A stretch of 63,067 bases of DNA, filler included, from Pirum gemmata (GCA_002812295.1; 25 parts of 25 records of this genome joined end to end with filler, not necessarily neighbours in it); one strand, 5' to 3'; numbered from the whole stretch's first letter, positions 35,404 to 49,524 are shown. Notes: generated by a model from the letters alone, not told the origin. Program-made: numbers and translations.

Positions 35404-37829
35404 NNNNNNNNNNNNNNNNNNNNNNNNNNNNNNNNNNNNNNNNNNNNTTAATTAATTAANNNNNNNNNNNNNNNNNNNNNNNNNNNNNNNNNNNNNNNNN
35501 NNNAATTTTAAAAAATTTAAAAAAAAATTAAAAATATATATTATATATGATGAGTTGTATGAGTTGTCTCTTATAAATATGTCACATATGACTCGTAAAT
35601 TATATATCATAATCATATTATGTATCATATACTAGATGTATCATACTTGTATCATATTTATTATTATATCATAATAAATAATAATTAATTTATTATTAAC
35701 CTGCTGTGAAATTGTGTGAATATAGGAGTTAATTAAAGAAAAAAAAAACGAAAAAAAAAACCTCCTTCCCCCTTGTAATGTTTTCTTGAACTCCTTGACT
35801 TTGATAACTAGCTAGTAGACCAGAATTACCTAGTCAGAAGTTCAGAACTACTACTTAGCTAGCTAGCAGTCTGAGGACTACTAGCTAGACTAGCTAGTGA
35901 GGAGTCGAGGACTAGCTAGCTAGCTAGTAGCTCGCTCTCATATGATATTATTATGATATGATACTGGTAAAAAAGGTAAAGGAGAGAGTCTAGCTAGTAG
36001 TAGCTATCTGATAGCTAGCTAATATGATATATTATTATATTTTTTTCTTTGTTTTTAGCGCATATTGTGAATTTGTGAGCATATTGATCAGGCATATTGA
36101 TATATAAATAAGTGATTTTAACCAATAAATATCAGTCATTTCAAAACAGATTTTAGCAGCAGATTTTCTAAAGCATCATCTTTTACCCAGCATCTGGTAT
36201 CTGTGTCATATTCATTTAGACTAGGTTATATAGATGATTTTGTTCCAGATTGGTACGATAGGGTAATATTGCCGCATATAAACTTGTTATTTCCTTATTT
36301 TCTTTTCTTTTTTTTTTTTCATCACAAAAATTTTCATGTAGACTAGTCGATTTATCTTTTTAATAATCATAAACTTTTAAAAATCTTTTTCTGCACGGTA
36401 TTGACACTTTTACTATACGATTGTTAAAAACATATTTTTTCTTTCTGGAAACACACAATGTTATGTTGCTTATGTTAGTGCACAATTGAATATATCAAGA
36501 CATTATGTATATACATATGTATTTTTTTTGGTTTTTTTAAGTTTATTTAAAATTAAATGTTTTTTTTTTTTTGGAAAAAAAACACATGTTACTGGTACAC
36601 AATTGAATATATTTTATTAAGTGATAAAACATTATCAAAGAGTTAAAATAAAAATAAAAATAAAAAAAAGAAAATAGAAATAGAAACTTAGCAAATTATC
36701 ATTTCGTCTTCTTTTTCTTCCTTTTTGTCTTGGATTGTTTTTTAATTAGTCCCTACTTTTTTTGAAAGAAATAAAAAAGCAAGGGTTTCTGTAACAACGC
36801 CCCCGACTTGGTTCTTAAAGAATTCAGTTATTGTACACAAAACCAATCAGTCAAATGAAATAATTATTAAATAATTGATGTTTCCTGGCACACTGATATC
36901 ATTTGGCGCCCTCGCATATTGGAGCCAATTCATCATCTTATTTTATACCCGTATTGGTTTATAATATATGTAGAATGTGAACTATAAAGTTTAGCAATAT
37001 TCAAAATAATATAATTAATTGAAAAACAACTTTGAGCTACAAACTTACATTGATTGCCGCGTAGAACTGTTATTACCTGTACGGAACTGGTTTTCAAAAT
37101 TTGATCTCTAGAATTGATCGTCTATTTAAAAAAAAAAAATCAGTATTCCCCAACAAATGGTGAAAGCCAGTCAGACAAAGTTTGGTACAAATACGATGTT
37201 TGTTGTGGTTCACGTATAGAAGATTTATGGCCAGCAACAAGGTGCTTCTCTTTATTTGGGTCATTTAGTTTTTTTCGATTACCACTTTTGAAATGTTTTT
37301 TGAAAGCGAGGTCCTGGGGAGTTGTATCAAATTCAAGTATAAAATAGAAAAAATTATTAAAATAGAATAAGGTAAAAAACCAATAAAGACCAAGAAAAAC
37401 ATGTGAACTTTTCGTGGGGTTAATAAGTATAAGCCTGTCCTCGATAATAGTATGTTTGAAAAAACTTCGCGTTTTCTGAACAGAACTCGCTCATTTACAT
37501 ATATACATAATACAATATAATTTCGAACATTATTAACATTTTTGAGCATTTTCGATCTTATTTAATAATTATGAGGCTTCTTTTAAAAATAAAAATAAAT
37601 CAGATCTAACAGTTTCTTCGAGTTTTCACTACACTATTCGAGTTTTAGATCGAAAAATATGTAATTTTAGTGAAAGCCTCAACAAGTGTAATAGAATATT
37701 GGTAATTAATTTTAATAAAACTAACATCGNNNNNNNNNNNNNNNNNNNNNNNNNNNNNNNNNNNNNNNNNNNNTTAATTAATTAANNNNNNNNNNNNNNN
37801 NNNNNNNNNNNNNNNNNNNNNNNNNNNNN

Positions 37830-37860
<31 letters not shown>

Positions 37861-39734
37861 AAAGAAGGAGCAGTATCGTAGGTTACAGTTTTATATACCA
37901 AATCGACTCCAAATGGTGTAATTATAGTTAAAATTATTATTGTTGTCTGTCGACTGCTCGACTTGATTCAGCAGCTTGTTTCATTTATCGTGCTTTTCAG
38001 TTGTTTTGTTATCATAAATATACAAAAAAGAGTACCAAGTTAATAAAATATAAATCCATTTCATTTAATTTGGTATATTTTATTATCTATTTATCCATTT
38101 AAAAAATTCAATTTGAATATCATAACTAACCAAATAAATATTTGGAGTGACAAAATAAACGAAAACCACAATATAATACTTTGGTATTTGATTGTCAGTC
38201 GCTGAGAATGTTCTACTACTAAGCTATTGACTAGCTATTAATTAATACTAGTTGGGTTGCTAGCTAGCTAGACTAGAGAGGTCAGCTAGTAGTTGTAGTT
38301 TGTACTTATGATAGTTTGTCAAACATTAATTAAAACCAGGGTGCTAAACTGATTATAATAGAAAGTTTATTTTATAAATCTTGCTTTTTAAATAGAACTG
38401 TTTTGTTCTAGTAGACTATGATAGTTTTGTTTAGTTCAACAATTATTGAAATAAATGTCATAGCCTCTAGCTAGAACAATGAGACCTATCACATGATAAA
38501 ACTAAACGTACTAATTATAATTTATTATTATAGCAAAATTATCAGACATGTTTTAATTAAAATTTGGTACTTTACAATTATTATTGTATTTTATAAACAA
38601 GTTCAATACTAAATACTATTTTATGAACAGTACAAAATTTAAGATTGAGAGGACAATATTATTGAATGAGAACTACCAGTATTTCTCATGATTATAGACG
38701 AGAGATTAGTTATAATTGTAAATAATATAATATTATATTATATATTTTCAAATTTTTTCTACAAGCTTTTAAGTATTTAATACCTGCTATTTATAAATAT
38801 ATCAATTTTAATAATACCTGCTTATTTATAAATTATAGTTTATCAATTTTAATAATATTATATTAATATCGAATGATAAATTTATATATAATATTATATA
38901 GATATAAATCTCTATTAAATTGTATGAGGGTCCGCCGGCTATTAGGAGGGTACGCGCAGACTATTTATTGTGCATGTGTATATTAATAATATTATATAAA
39001 CCTATAGCTATTTTCGCCGGCGAAAATGATACTTGATATATTATATAACCTCATGATCAGAAAAAGCCTTGCGCAATCGTAAAATTATGGATAAAGAAAA
39101 AATTTTAAAACCACTAAAATATTAAAAATTCAATACCCGCCTAGACCGTCGTAGCTATGCATACTATTATGTATAATAATATTATTATGCATTATAAATA
39201 ATAATATAATATTATAGCTAATATATTATATGTACGAAAAAACACGACATGTAATTCTAATTTGAAGTTGTATTTTAATTTGAATAATTGATTAACACGA
39301 TTATTAACATTTAATTAATGTTGATTATATATTATGATAAATATTATATTATTATTATGATAAATTGGAAGTAACATTTAACGTTAACAATTGCAATGTT
39401 ACAAATGACAGAAGAAAAGCGTAATTAACACAGGATCTAGTTATTAACACAGAGGCTTAGCTGTAATATTAATATATGATGGCACATAATATTATAATAT
39501 TATATATAACATTGGTATTTATATTAGACAGTTTCTTTTTGTAAAATACCACAATATTATGTATGCACAGACAGTTTCTTTAAAATATAAATTAATATTA
39601 AAATATTAATTTTAATTAATTAGAATATTTGTTTTTTAGATATATTGCCCTGGTCATGGGCAATATTGCGTATCGTACATGTATTAATACGTACATATAT
39701 TGTATTAATTATACTAACTATATTATATATATAC

Positions 39735-39942
39735 GAGCAGCAGTACAATCAGCTATGGTTAATTGTTTGGGGCAATTAATTGTATTTCCGTAAACATCAG
39801 TAATAGTATTATTAGCATTAACAATTTTACAATCAAGAAGTGTAAACGGTTTGGGGCAATGAACTGAATTTCCATAATCATCGTTAATATTAAATCCATA
39901 ATCTACAGGTTTGCAATCATTTATTATCAATTGTCCAATACA
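39735..39942 (-). CDS. Exon or gene relic encoding a 28-aa Cys repeat
   Basis: CIGQLIINDCKPVDYGFNINDDYGNSVH / CPKPFTLLDCKIVNANNTITDVYGNTIN / CPKQLTIADCTAAR. Possible GT donor at 39734. Confidence 0.55.
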
Positions 39943-40539
39943 TAATATTATATATATTATATTATAGTACTATTATAATTAAATATATAATACAATTAAT
40001 TAATATTAAATTAATATTAATTATTAANNNNNNNNNNNNNNNNNNNNNNNNNNNNNNNNNNNNNNNNNNNNTTAATTAATTAANNNNNNNNNNNNNNNNN
40101 NNNNNNNNNNNNNNNNNNNNNNNNNNNATTATTAGTATTATTATTATACAACACTAAAGCAATGTTATAGTTACTTCCTATTCTGAACAAAATTTCTTGC
40201 AAGCATTTTTAAGCCGTTTTTGTTGTATCTACTAATTTCTTACCTAATATGTGCTAATTACTTCTTATCCCTTGATGAGAGTCTGATACTACGATTGTGA
40301 ATATTTTTATTTCAAGGGTTAGGGTTAGTAGGGGGCAGAATTAAGGTTAGGGTTAGGGCTTAGAGTCGGGGTTAGGGTTTAAAGAGTTTTGGTTGGGGTT
40401 TAGGTTTTGGTTTAGGGATTAGGGTTAGGGGTTTTTGAATTTTCTTCAGACTTTTCTACGTTTCTTTGCTTTTTTTAAAGAAACACCCTTGTATTTATTA
40501 TTTATTGTTTTGTTTTGTTTGTTTTCGTGCATTTACTAG

Positions 40540-41350
40540 GATCTGATCGACCACAAACAACCGGTGATTATCCCTTTAAATAAATACCATCCCTCGTATT
40601 ACTCTCTCCGCCGCAGCGTTTTAAGCCAATGTTTAATCCTACGAACAGAGAATAGGAACAAAAAAAATCACTACAATGATGAAGAAAACGATGCTGATGA
40701 TTCAAATGTAATAAATAGTGAGTGGAAGGAGAAAAAGGCCAACTGTCGTCAAGTTGTATCTTCTATGTACTCTTCGCCTGTAATACTAATCGAATCTAAG
40801 CTTCATAGAGAGGTTGAATGGATTAGGGTCAGGGTCAGGGTTAGGGTTAGGGTTAGGGTTAGGGCTAGAGTTGGGGTTAGGGTTAGGGCTGGGGTTGGGG
40901 TTGAGGTTGGGGTTTAGTTTAGATTTAGATTTGGGGTTTGGGGTTAGGGTTAGGGTTAGGTTTTAGGGTAAGGTTGTGGGTTTGGGCTGAGGAGTTAGGG
41001 TTAGGGTTAGGGTTTGCGTTTGCGTTTGCGTTTGCGTTTGGGTTTGCATTTGGGTTTGGGTTTGGGTTTGGGTTTGGGTTTGGGTTTGGGTTTGGGTTTG
41101 GGTTTGGGTTTGGCGTGTTTTGATGTGTGTCCTAAATAATGCAATCGTATGGGTAATAAATAGCCAGTACACTGAACACTAATACTTTTAATGTATTTTT
41201 TAAATCTAAAATTAGGGAATTCATTCCTCTCCGCTTCCTATAATCGGTTCAATGTGGGAAACGTTTGGTGGTTATGATGGTCTCGGGCATGACGCTATAT
41301 GTTATGTTGCTGGCCTAATAGATGTCTCATGTAACGTGGCATTGGATGTG
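40540..41350 (+). CDS. Two internal exons (40540-40812, 41216-~41350) of an unidentified gene
   Basis: A phase-0 GT-AG intron joins DLIDHKQPVIIPLNKYHPSYYSLRRSVLSQC..SPVILIESKLHRE|GIHSSPLPIIGSMWETFGGYDGLGHDAICYVAGLIDVSCNVALDV. The intron and the upstream flank carry TTAGGG/TTTGGG arrays. Confidence 0.55.
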
Positions 41351-43250
41351 GTTGTCTTTGTCTAATGGTTTCTATTTGCGCGTGTTTAATGATAATTTTT
41401 ATTTATTATTTATTATTATTTATTATTATTTGTTATTATTTTTTATCATTTATTATCATTTGCATGTTTGTAAAAATTTACCACATCTTTCTTTCACTTT
41501 CTCTCTGTTGCGTGCGTTGTGTTGTGTGTACACACACTAATGTAACTTGTCTCTCTTTTATTTCTATCTCACTCAGAAATTTAGTTTTGTGTTTACAAAC
41601 GTAGAAGAAAAAAAAGTGGGAAATATTATATTATATTATAAATCATGAATTTAATTTGTGGATTTACGAGTGTTCATTTATGACTTACGTTACTCCATTT
41701 TTTTGTTTTCTGCATCCACTCCCATATAAAGAAATTGATATTGATCTGTAGAACCTAAAATACCCCCCAACCACAGCCTAATTGAATGAGATTGTTTATG
41801 AACGGCCGTAACGAAGGGTACCAGTATTTTGGAAACGTGTGATAGTTTTACTTTTTAAAATTTTAAATCCCAATAATTTTTCCTTTTCCTTTCCCCTTTT
41901 CTTTTTTTACATGGGTGATTGGTTAATGTACCAATAGAGTGCCACTCACTATATTCCGATTGGTTGATGTACCAATATTCTGTCAACAACTTACAAAATC
42001 TCTCAAATAAGAGTATTTCGGGTTTATTATTTACAAATTAATGTTTACTATTGTTACTGTTATTAGTTTTAGCAATATGACCGTTTGTTTGTCGCACAAT
42101 ATATAACTTGCCATACTAAAGAACTTCCAAAGAAATTATATTAGCTAGGTTGTATTTACACTTTTTTTTTTTAGACTATAGTAGCGTTTCAATTTTAAAA
42201 TTGCATTGTTATTATTTTTTTATTTCACCAAGATAATTTGGTTGTATTAATTGTCTTTTATTTTATTTATTTCTTTGGTGGTTAGGGTTAGGGTTAGGGT
42301 TAGGGTTAGGGTTAGGNAAGGGGGCAAAATCGCACACACATGGGTTTGATTTATTTACTAGGAAGAAGGAGCGCATCGAGTTTCATCCTTTTTGTTTCAG
42401 ACCACCAAAAAGGGGGCATTTATTATTATTATTATTATTTATTTTGTTAATTAATTTAATAGAAAAGAAAAGACAACATTAACCATAGGTTTGCACATGC
42501 GAGGCCCCCAAGGGGGGTCTAACTGGTTTATAGCATAAAAACCGGTTATGTTGTAGCGAGGTGTTTCATCCTTTTTGTTTCAGACCACCAAAAAGGGGGC
42601 AAAATCGCACACACATGGGTTTGATTTATTTACTAGGAAGAAGGAGCGCATCGAGTTTTAAGTCGGCTACACTAATATATCCTCAAACTCCCATTGAGAG
42701 ACTCTGGCCAGAATTTCTAAAGAAAATGATCCTTTTTATACCTTTTTGAATAATTTTTTTTAGTATGATATAGACTATAGTACTTTTAAAAAAAACATAA
42801 AATAATACGATCGAGCTTATGTAAATGTTATTTTCGAATTTTCATTTTCAAAAAATGATATTTTGAACCTCTGGACCTCATTTTTGAATATTAATTGGGT
42901 GGGTTATAATTTTAATATTGATATTTTTTATTTATAAAAGTATACCCAATTAAATAAATTGGATTTAAATAGTATTAATTGGGTAGGTTTAACTATTAAT
43001 TTTTTTTTTTTTTTTTTTTTTGGCTTGTGGGGGGTGGGGGGAGTTGTGGGATTGTGGGATGCTAGACAGACAGTTGNNNNNNNNNNNNNNNNNNNNNNNN
43101 NNNNNNNNNNNNNNNNNNNNNNNNNNNNNNNNNNNNNNNNNNNGTGTGTATGTGTGTATGTGTATGTGTAAAAAGTACACGCTCTCTCTAATCTCTCTCC
43201 TCTCTTTCTCATATATATGTGTATGTATATGTATATAGTAAGTATCTCTT

Positions 43251-43283
<33 letters not shown>

Positions 43284-44795
43284 AAAAATTGCACGCTCTC
43301 TCTCTCCTCTCTTTCTCATATCTACGTGTATGTATATGAATATAGTAAGTGAACTCAAAAACAGTGTACTTTCTACTTTCTATAAGGCTCATACTCTAGG
43401 ACTCATACTATATTGAGATGGGGTGATCCAAATTTGGCCTAGCTAAATCAAGGATCATTAATAAAGAAATTTGTACATTTTCTTGTGTTGTAAAATTCTC
43501 TATCGATATTCTATTTTGAACCTAATAAAATGAAACTCAAAATATACATTATATAAACAGTTACTACTACCCTGGAGTCTACCCAGCATTTTTTTTTTTT
43601 TTTTTTTTTTTTTTCATTTTTATATAAAGCATGTAAGATATATTGCTCAAATTTAATTATGATAGATTCGATTAAATCAAAACTTTTTAAAGAAATTTCT
43701 TGATTTACCATCAAAACCTGCTTTAATGCATTCGGCCACTGCATATAAAATATTATATATGGAAATAACTGTTTAGCATTATGAATTTATAACTTATAAT
43801 AGGGTTAGGGTCAGGGACTGTGAGCACTACTGTAAACCAAAGATTTCGACGTCATTTTTTTTCAAGCTGGAAGTAAAGTTAATTCGAAACCAAACTTTGA
43901 AAAAATTTCAGTTGTCCAAATCAAATTCTCTCGCCCACGCAATTTTCAGACTCATACCCGCCAGCCCATGTATACGTAAAAACTCAGACCCACTATAATA
44001 TTTTATATAAAAAACAATTTATCATATTAATATATATATATATAGTCTACCACATTTAACTGCTAAGTCCCTATTGTACTCAAAGTGGAATTTCGTGTAC
44101 TCTCATTAAAGGATAAAAAACCGGGGTACATGCATATATGGGAAGAAAGACAGTCTTTCTAAAGTGTTTCATCGATATTACTGATCGATATCTCTTCAAG
44201 AATTTTAACGTTTCCATAGGACACTGCTATATAATTATGTGCAAGTCTTTCAAGTTTATGTAGCAATTCTTCTGAATGTGACTTTTTTCAACTGCATCTT
44301 ATTGAACTCCACTGTTAAATAAACAAAAGTTGTTATTATATTTATAATGATTAAGTTAATTTAAATATATTAATAATTTTGTTTAAATTGGTATTTAGAG
44401 TATTNNNNNNNNNNNNNNNNNNNNNNNNNNNNNNNNNNNNNNNNNNNNTTAATTAATTAANNNNNNNNNNNNNNNNNNNNNNNNNNNNNNNNNNNNNNNN
44501 NNNNATTTTTAAAATATTAATAACATTGTATTGTATTGTACTGTACTGTACTGTACTATATTGTATTGTATTGTATTGTATTGTATTGTATTGTATTGTA
44601 TTGTATTGTATTGTATTGTATTTGTATTGTATTGTGTGTTGTATTTTATTTGTATGTATTTTATTTTATTTTATTTCATTTTTATTTTATATTATATAAT
44701 ATTATATTGTATTATATTATTTTATATTATACTATCTCGTTTTGTTTTATGTTGCGTTATTTTATTTATTCATATAATGTTCTCATTATTTGTAG

Positions 44796-44935
44796 CACTG
44801 ATTGTTGCGGAAGGCCAAGACTCATTGTCAAGTTTTTATCTTGCACCCATCAATATTTTTCCTACAAATGTTTTTAGTTTAGAGACCCAGATTACCAAAG
44901 AAAAAGAAGCTGCCAAAAAACTGTACACTCTTTAA
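44796..44935 (+). CDS. Possible terminal exon of an unidentified gene
   Basis: After (tattg)n and a tgtag acceptor: LIVAEGQDSLSSFYLAPINIFPTNVFSLETQITKEKEAAKKLYTL*. Confidence 0.3.
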
Positions 44936-45944
44936 ATATAATTTTAATAAACATGAGAACAGCAAAAAAAGCAACAAGAATAACAGGAACAACATCATAT
45001 ATACAGCTTACTACACTGAGTCTATGACTGTAAGTATCGATAGGAAGAGCTGACAAGTCTGTGTCAATGTGGCTCTGCAGTAGCAGTACTTCTCCTGCGG
45101 AGCTACTGAGTCTGCCAGACTGTCTACTGATACAATGGACATGTATAATAAATTATTCTATATACGTAGTATCTAACTATCAAATTGTGATTAATATTTT
45201 TTAAGTATAATTTTAATAAACATGAGAACAGTAACAGGAGCAGCAAGAACAACAAGAGCAACTTTATATACACAGCTTACTACAGTCTGTAACTGTAAGT
45301 ATCGATAGGAATTTGCGTCTATTTTTAAATGATAATAAATAATATTATATGTTTTATAATTTAGTATTATTTTATCTGTTTCTTCAATATCTTCAATTTA
45401 TATTATTCTTTGTTTAATTTTCACAAATTAAATAATGCCAAAATTTAAGAAGTAATTCAAATAAAAAAGTAAAACAGTATTGTAGCAGTTTGTATTTTAT
45501 TTTTATTTTTTCACGAGGTCCCCCTGGTGGCCTTGATTTTTTATACATACTTTATCTGAAAATTTCAACATATTATTGCGATGTCAACACGCCATCAATG
45601 ATAAACAACATTATATTGATTGCATTGGTCATCATCACCATTACGATTGTTGTTGTTGTTGTTGTTGTTATTATTGTTATTGGTATGTTGTTACTGTTAT
45701 TGTTGTTGCTACAAATATATGTTGTTATCATTATTGTTGTTATCAATATTGCTATTATTTTTATTGAAATTATTATTGTTATCATTGTTATATCATTACA
45801 TAATGACAAAACGTTAACATGATATGGATCATCACTAGCAACACGATTGCATAATAACCACACCGTTAATGACCATCCAGTTATCTCTCTCATATTTAAT
45901 TACTGGCAAAGAAATAGGTTTAAAAAAAAAACGAATTTCTTCCT

Positions 45945-46650
45945 TTAATCTTCAATGATCAAATTTCCATTTTTTGTCATACTTTCTAAAGATCTCCAAG
46001 CAGATGCTATTAATATACATATATACATATTAATTAGTATTTATAAATTGATTTATTAATCATTATTACATGTTATACTGTATGTATAATAAAGTAGACG
46101 TAATGAAGAATAAAAGTATTAAGTATTCAGAAGTGTTGCATATAAAATATTAAAAGAATTTATATTTTCGTCGGTTTTTATTTTTTGTTTCTTACTGTTT
46201 TGTCCCTTTGCCATTTCATTTATCATTACTAATAATTTTTTAAATTGCCTTCCATATTTATTTTGCATTTCCTTGCCAAGATACTAATATTTAATAAATC
46301 GAATTAGTAAGTTAAGTAAATGAATAATTGAATTTGAAACAACAACAACAAAAAAATGAAATACATGTACCTTGTACCCACCCATCTACAGCCACAGCCA
46401 CAACCACAACCACATACATACATACATACATACATACATACATACAAACAAACACATAAACCCATATATATATATTACCCATCCCTAACCCCAGCTCTGA
46501 ACCAATATATATATATGGAATGAGATATATAATTACTTTTAAAAAAGTTTGGACTAAATGAGGTAGAATTGTATCCATTGTTTTAAAATTCAGCGCATTT
46601 GTTAACCAAAACCAACCAGCATCAACGTTAGAACCGGGAGTAGATGTGTG
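45945..46650 (-). CDS. GLE1: mRNA export factor GLE1, last three exons 46650-46537, 46283-46196, 46006-45945
   Basis: Phase-consistent splicing gives HTSTPGSNVDAGWFWLTNALNFKTMDTILPHLVQTFLK|YLGKEMQNKYGRQFKKLLVMINEMAKGQN|TSAWRSLESMTKNGNLIIED*. GW.WL...LN and FL...G..M...YG.QF.KLL are Gle1 C-terminal signatures. Confidence 0.85.
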
Positions 46651-46949
46651 CTAAAGAAACCATAAGTTAATATATATATATATTATTATTATATATCATA
46701 TTTTTCATGATACATTATAATAAATAAAAANNNNNNNNNNNNNNNNNNNNNNNNNNNNNNNNNNNNNNNNNNNNTTAATTAATTAANNNNNNNNNNNNNN
46801 NNNNNNNNNNNNNNNNNNNNNNNNNNNNNNGTTTATTATACTATTTATAGTAACTTTAGGCAAATTTCTGGAAGTTCGCCGGTCCGAGCATCCAATTAGT
46901 AAGATGACGTCATCTCATCCCTCCTATTTCTATAGTGTTTAGTAAATAT

Positions 46950-47073
46950 GGCACGCTCAAATAATACGTCACGTCAAGGGGTAGGGTAGGTAGGCGGTAT
47001 TTGACCGGAAATTAACGTCAAGGGGTAGGTAGGGGAGGGGTATTTGAAGCTGTACTTGACCGGAAATCCTCCC
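46950..47073 (-). mobile_element. Short MITE, cctacctacccct family, inverted copy
   Basis: Reverse complement of the 47437 and 49373 elements (gacgttaatttccggtcaaatac core). Confidence 0.75.
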
Positions 47074-47143
47074 TTATCTGTCTTCCTCCTGATTGTTGTA
47101 TAATGTAGTTTTGAAGTGTTATAATAATTATTATATATAATAT

Positions 47144-47375
47144 AGTAGGGGTGAGATGACGTCATTTTATTATTACCGAACAGCTGCCGGAACTTTTTCG
47201 ATTTTTATGGTTTTTATTACTATTAATGTTAATATTACTACTTTAATTGGTCTCTACTAATTATATTTACTATTTTAAGCTATTTAACTACTATTATTAG
47301 TAAGGAACACGGAACTAAGGTTGGCTCGATAAGCATCTGTTCGAAAAAAGTTCCAGTAGATATCTCACCCCTACT
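47144..47375. mobile_element. 232-bp MITE with perfect 14-bp TIRs (agtaggggtgagat) and flanking TAT
   Basis: TIRs at 47144-47157 and 47362-47375, plus an inner inverted ggaactttttcga block. Related ends at 46831-46925 and 47773-47876. Confidence 0.75.
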
Positions 47376-47436
47376 TATAACAATACATGACCACTTTTTT
47401 TAAAAAAAAATAATTATTTTTGTGTTTTTGTTGTTT

Positions 47437-47567
47437 GGGAGCGCTCAATTTCGCGGCTCAAATACAGCTTCGAATACCCCCTACCTACCTACCCCTCGAC
47501 GTTAATTTCCGGTCAAATACCACCTACCTACCTACCCCTTAACGTGACGTATTATTGGAATGCTCCC
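47437..47567 (+). mobile_element. 131-bp MITE (gggagc...gctccc ends, flanking TTT)
   Basis: Ends gggagcgctcaa and tggaatgctccc; interior shared with the 49373 and 56707 copies. Confidence 0.75.
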
Positions 47568-48064
47568 TTTGTTCGCGCACCCAGACCCATCAGAAATATT
47601 TTTTTTACCAGACATGTTTTATTTTATTTGGCATCTTTTATGTGATGTTTTATTTTATAAAAAAGTTCAATTATATATTAAACGGTGCCAAATTAAAAAT
47701 TGAGAGGTTAATTGTACCGAAATAAACGATACAAAAAATGGCTCTAGTAGAAAAGTGGCTCAGTGGTGGCTCAGGAGGAATGAGATGACGTCATTTTACT
47801 AATTGAAGGCTCTGGTACCAAAAGTTCGCCAAAATGAATTTTTGTGATTAAAATTACTTTAAATAGTATAATAACTACTATTAATAGAAGCTTCTAAAAT
47901 AGTAGCTACTATTTATAGCTATATAAATACTATTTATGGTAACTGCGAAGTGGCGAATAGCCTTCCACTTCACCCCTCGCCCTTTTAAATGTTCGCAAAG
48001 GGGCCCTTTAAGGGGGTGCTCACCCCTCCTGGTGGCTCACTCTTTTATTTTTATTTATAGACTT

Positions 48065-48560
48065 GGCTCACTACTATTAATTAAAAGTGCGAAAGGAGCT
48101 CGACTCTTATTTACTAAAACAAACATAATAAATAAATAGATTTGAACTTTTTTTTTTTAAAAAAAGAAACCAAACAACTAAAAATAATTTCTCAAGATTA
48201 ATAATTATAACTACTACTAAAAGTGCGAAAGGAGCTCGACTCTTATTTACAAAACCAAACATAATAAATAAATAGATTTGAACTTCTTTTTAAAAAAAGA
48301 AACCAAACAACTAAAAATAATTTCTCAAGACTAACTAGCTAGACTCTAACTAGGCTCACTACTACTAAAAGTGCGAAAGGAGCTCGACTCTTATTTACTA
48401 AACCAAACATAATAAATAAATAGATTTGAACTTTTTTTTAAAAAAAAAGAAATCAAACAACTAAAAATAATTCCTAATAAAGAACTACGATAATAATATT
48501 ATATTGATAATATAAATATAATAAAAAAACCAAACATAATAATTAAATAGATTTGAATTT
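48065..48560. repeat. Tandem repeat, three ~130-145 bp units plus a partial fourth
   Basis: taaaagtgcgaaaggagctcgactcttatttac..aaacataataaataaatagatttgaac occurs three times. Confidence 0.9.
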
Positions 48561-49259
48561 TAGTTTTATTTATAAAAAAAATCGAACCCATTTTCATATC
48601 CATTAATGACGTCATCATAAAAATACTAGAGACCATCTGGTCTATCAAATGGAAATTCTAAGCTTTCAGGTTGAAATCTAAGCCATTAAAATGGCAATCT
48701 AGAAAAAGAGATCCTAAACATATATTTATTTAGTATCCTCTCTTCGGGCTCTATCAACAATTGCGCAAATATTGCGCTAAATCTTTTTTTTTAAAAACAA
48801 ATTAAAAAACGTGCAACTTTTTGGGGTTCACTGGAATTTTTACTTTACAATAAATAATACCAAATAAATATAATATAAATCCAGTTCAATTTATTTGGTA
48901 TGTTTTATTATTTATTTATTTATTTAAAAGTATCAATTTNNNNNNNNNNNNNNNNNNNNNNNNNNNNNNNNNNNNNNNNNNNNTTAATTAATTAANNNNN
49001 NNNNNNNNNNNNNNNNNNNNNNNNNNNNNNNNNNNNNNNAAAAAAAAAAAAAAAAAAAAAAGAAAAAAGGGAAAACAGTTGCGAGAATGAATCTATTGGC
49101 TCAAAAAAAAAAAAAAAGAAAGTAAAAAAAATAGATGACTTACCAATTGTTAAAGTAACCACTCTCATATGTATTAAAAAATAATATAAAAGTAATAGAA
49201 AGTCTAATGACGACATAATAAAGCAGTTTAGGCCGGCTCGATTTGATTAATAAAAAATA

Positions 49260-49314
<55 letters not shown>

Positions 49315-49372
49315 AAAAAAAGAAAAGAAAACGTACCAAGTCTGAAAAACGTACAGAGTTAGGGGCTACTAG

Positions 49373-49524
49373 GGGAGGCGTACAAATACTACGTAACGCC
49401 AATTTCAGGTCAAATACAGCTTCAAATACCCTTACCTACCTACCCCTCGACGTTAATTTCCGGTCAAATACCACCTACCTACCTACCCCTTGACGTTGAC
49501 GTGACGTCTTATTTCAACGCTCCC
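49373..49524 (+). mobile_element. 152-bp MITE with a TAG target-site duplication
   Basis: tag|gggaggcgtacaaata ... tatttcaacgctccc|tag, with the same terminal motif as the 20978 MITE. A further degenerate copy lies at ~56707-56835. Confidence 0.8.

Noticed and set aside
39010..39027. Palindrome attttcgccggcgaaaat as an E2F-type promoter site
   Set aside because: Single occurrence, imperfect consensus match and no linked gene start.
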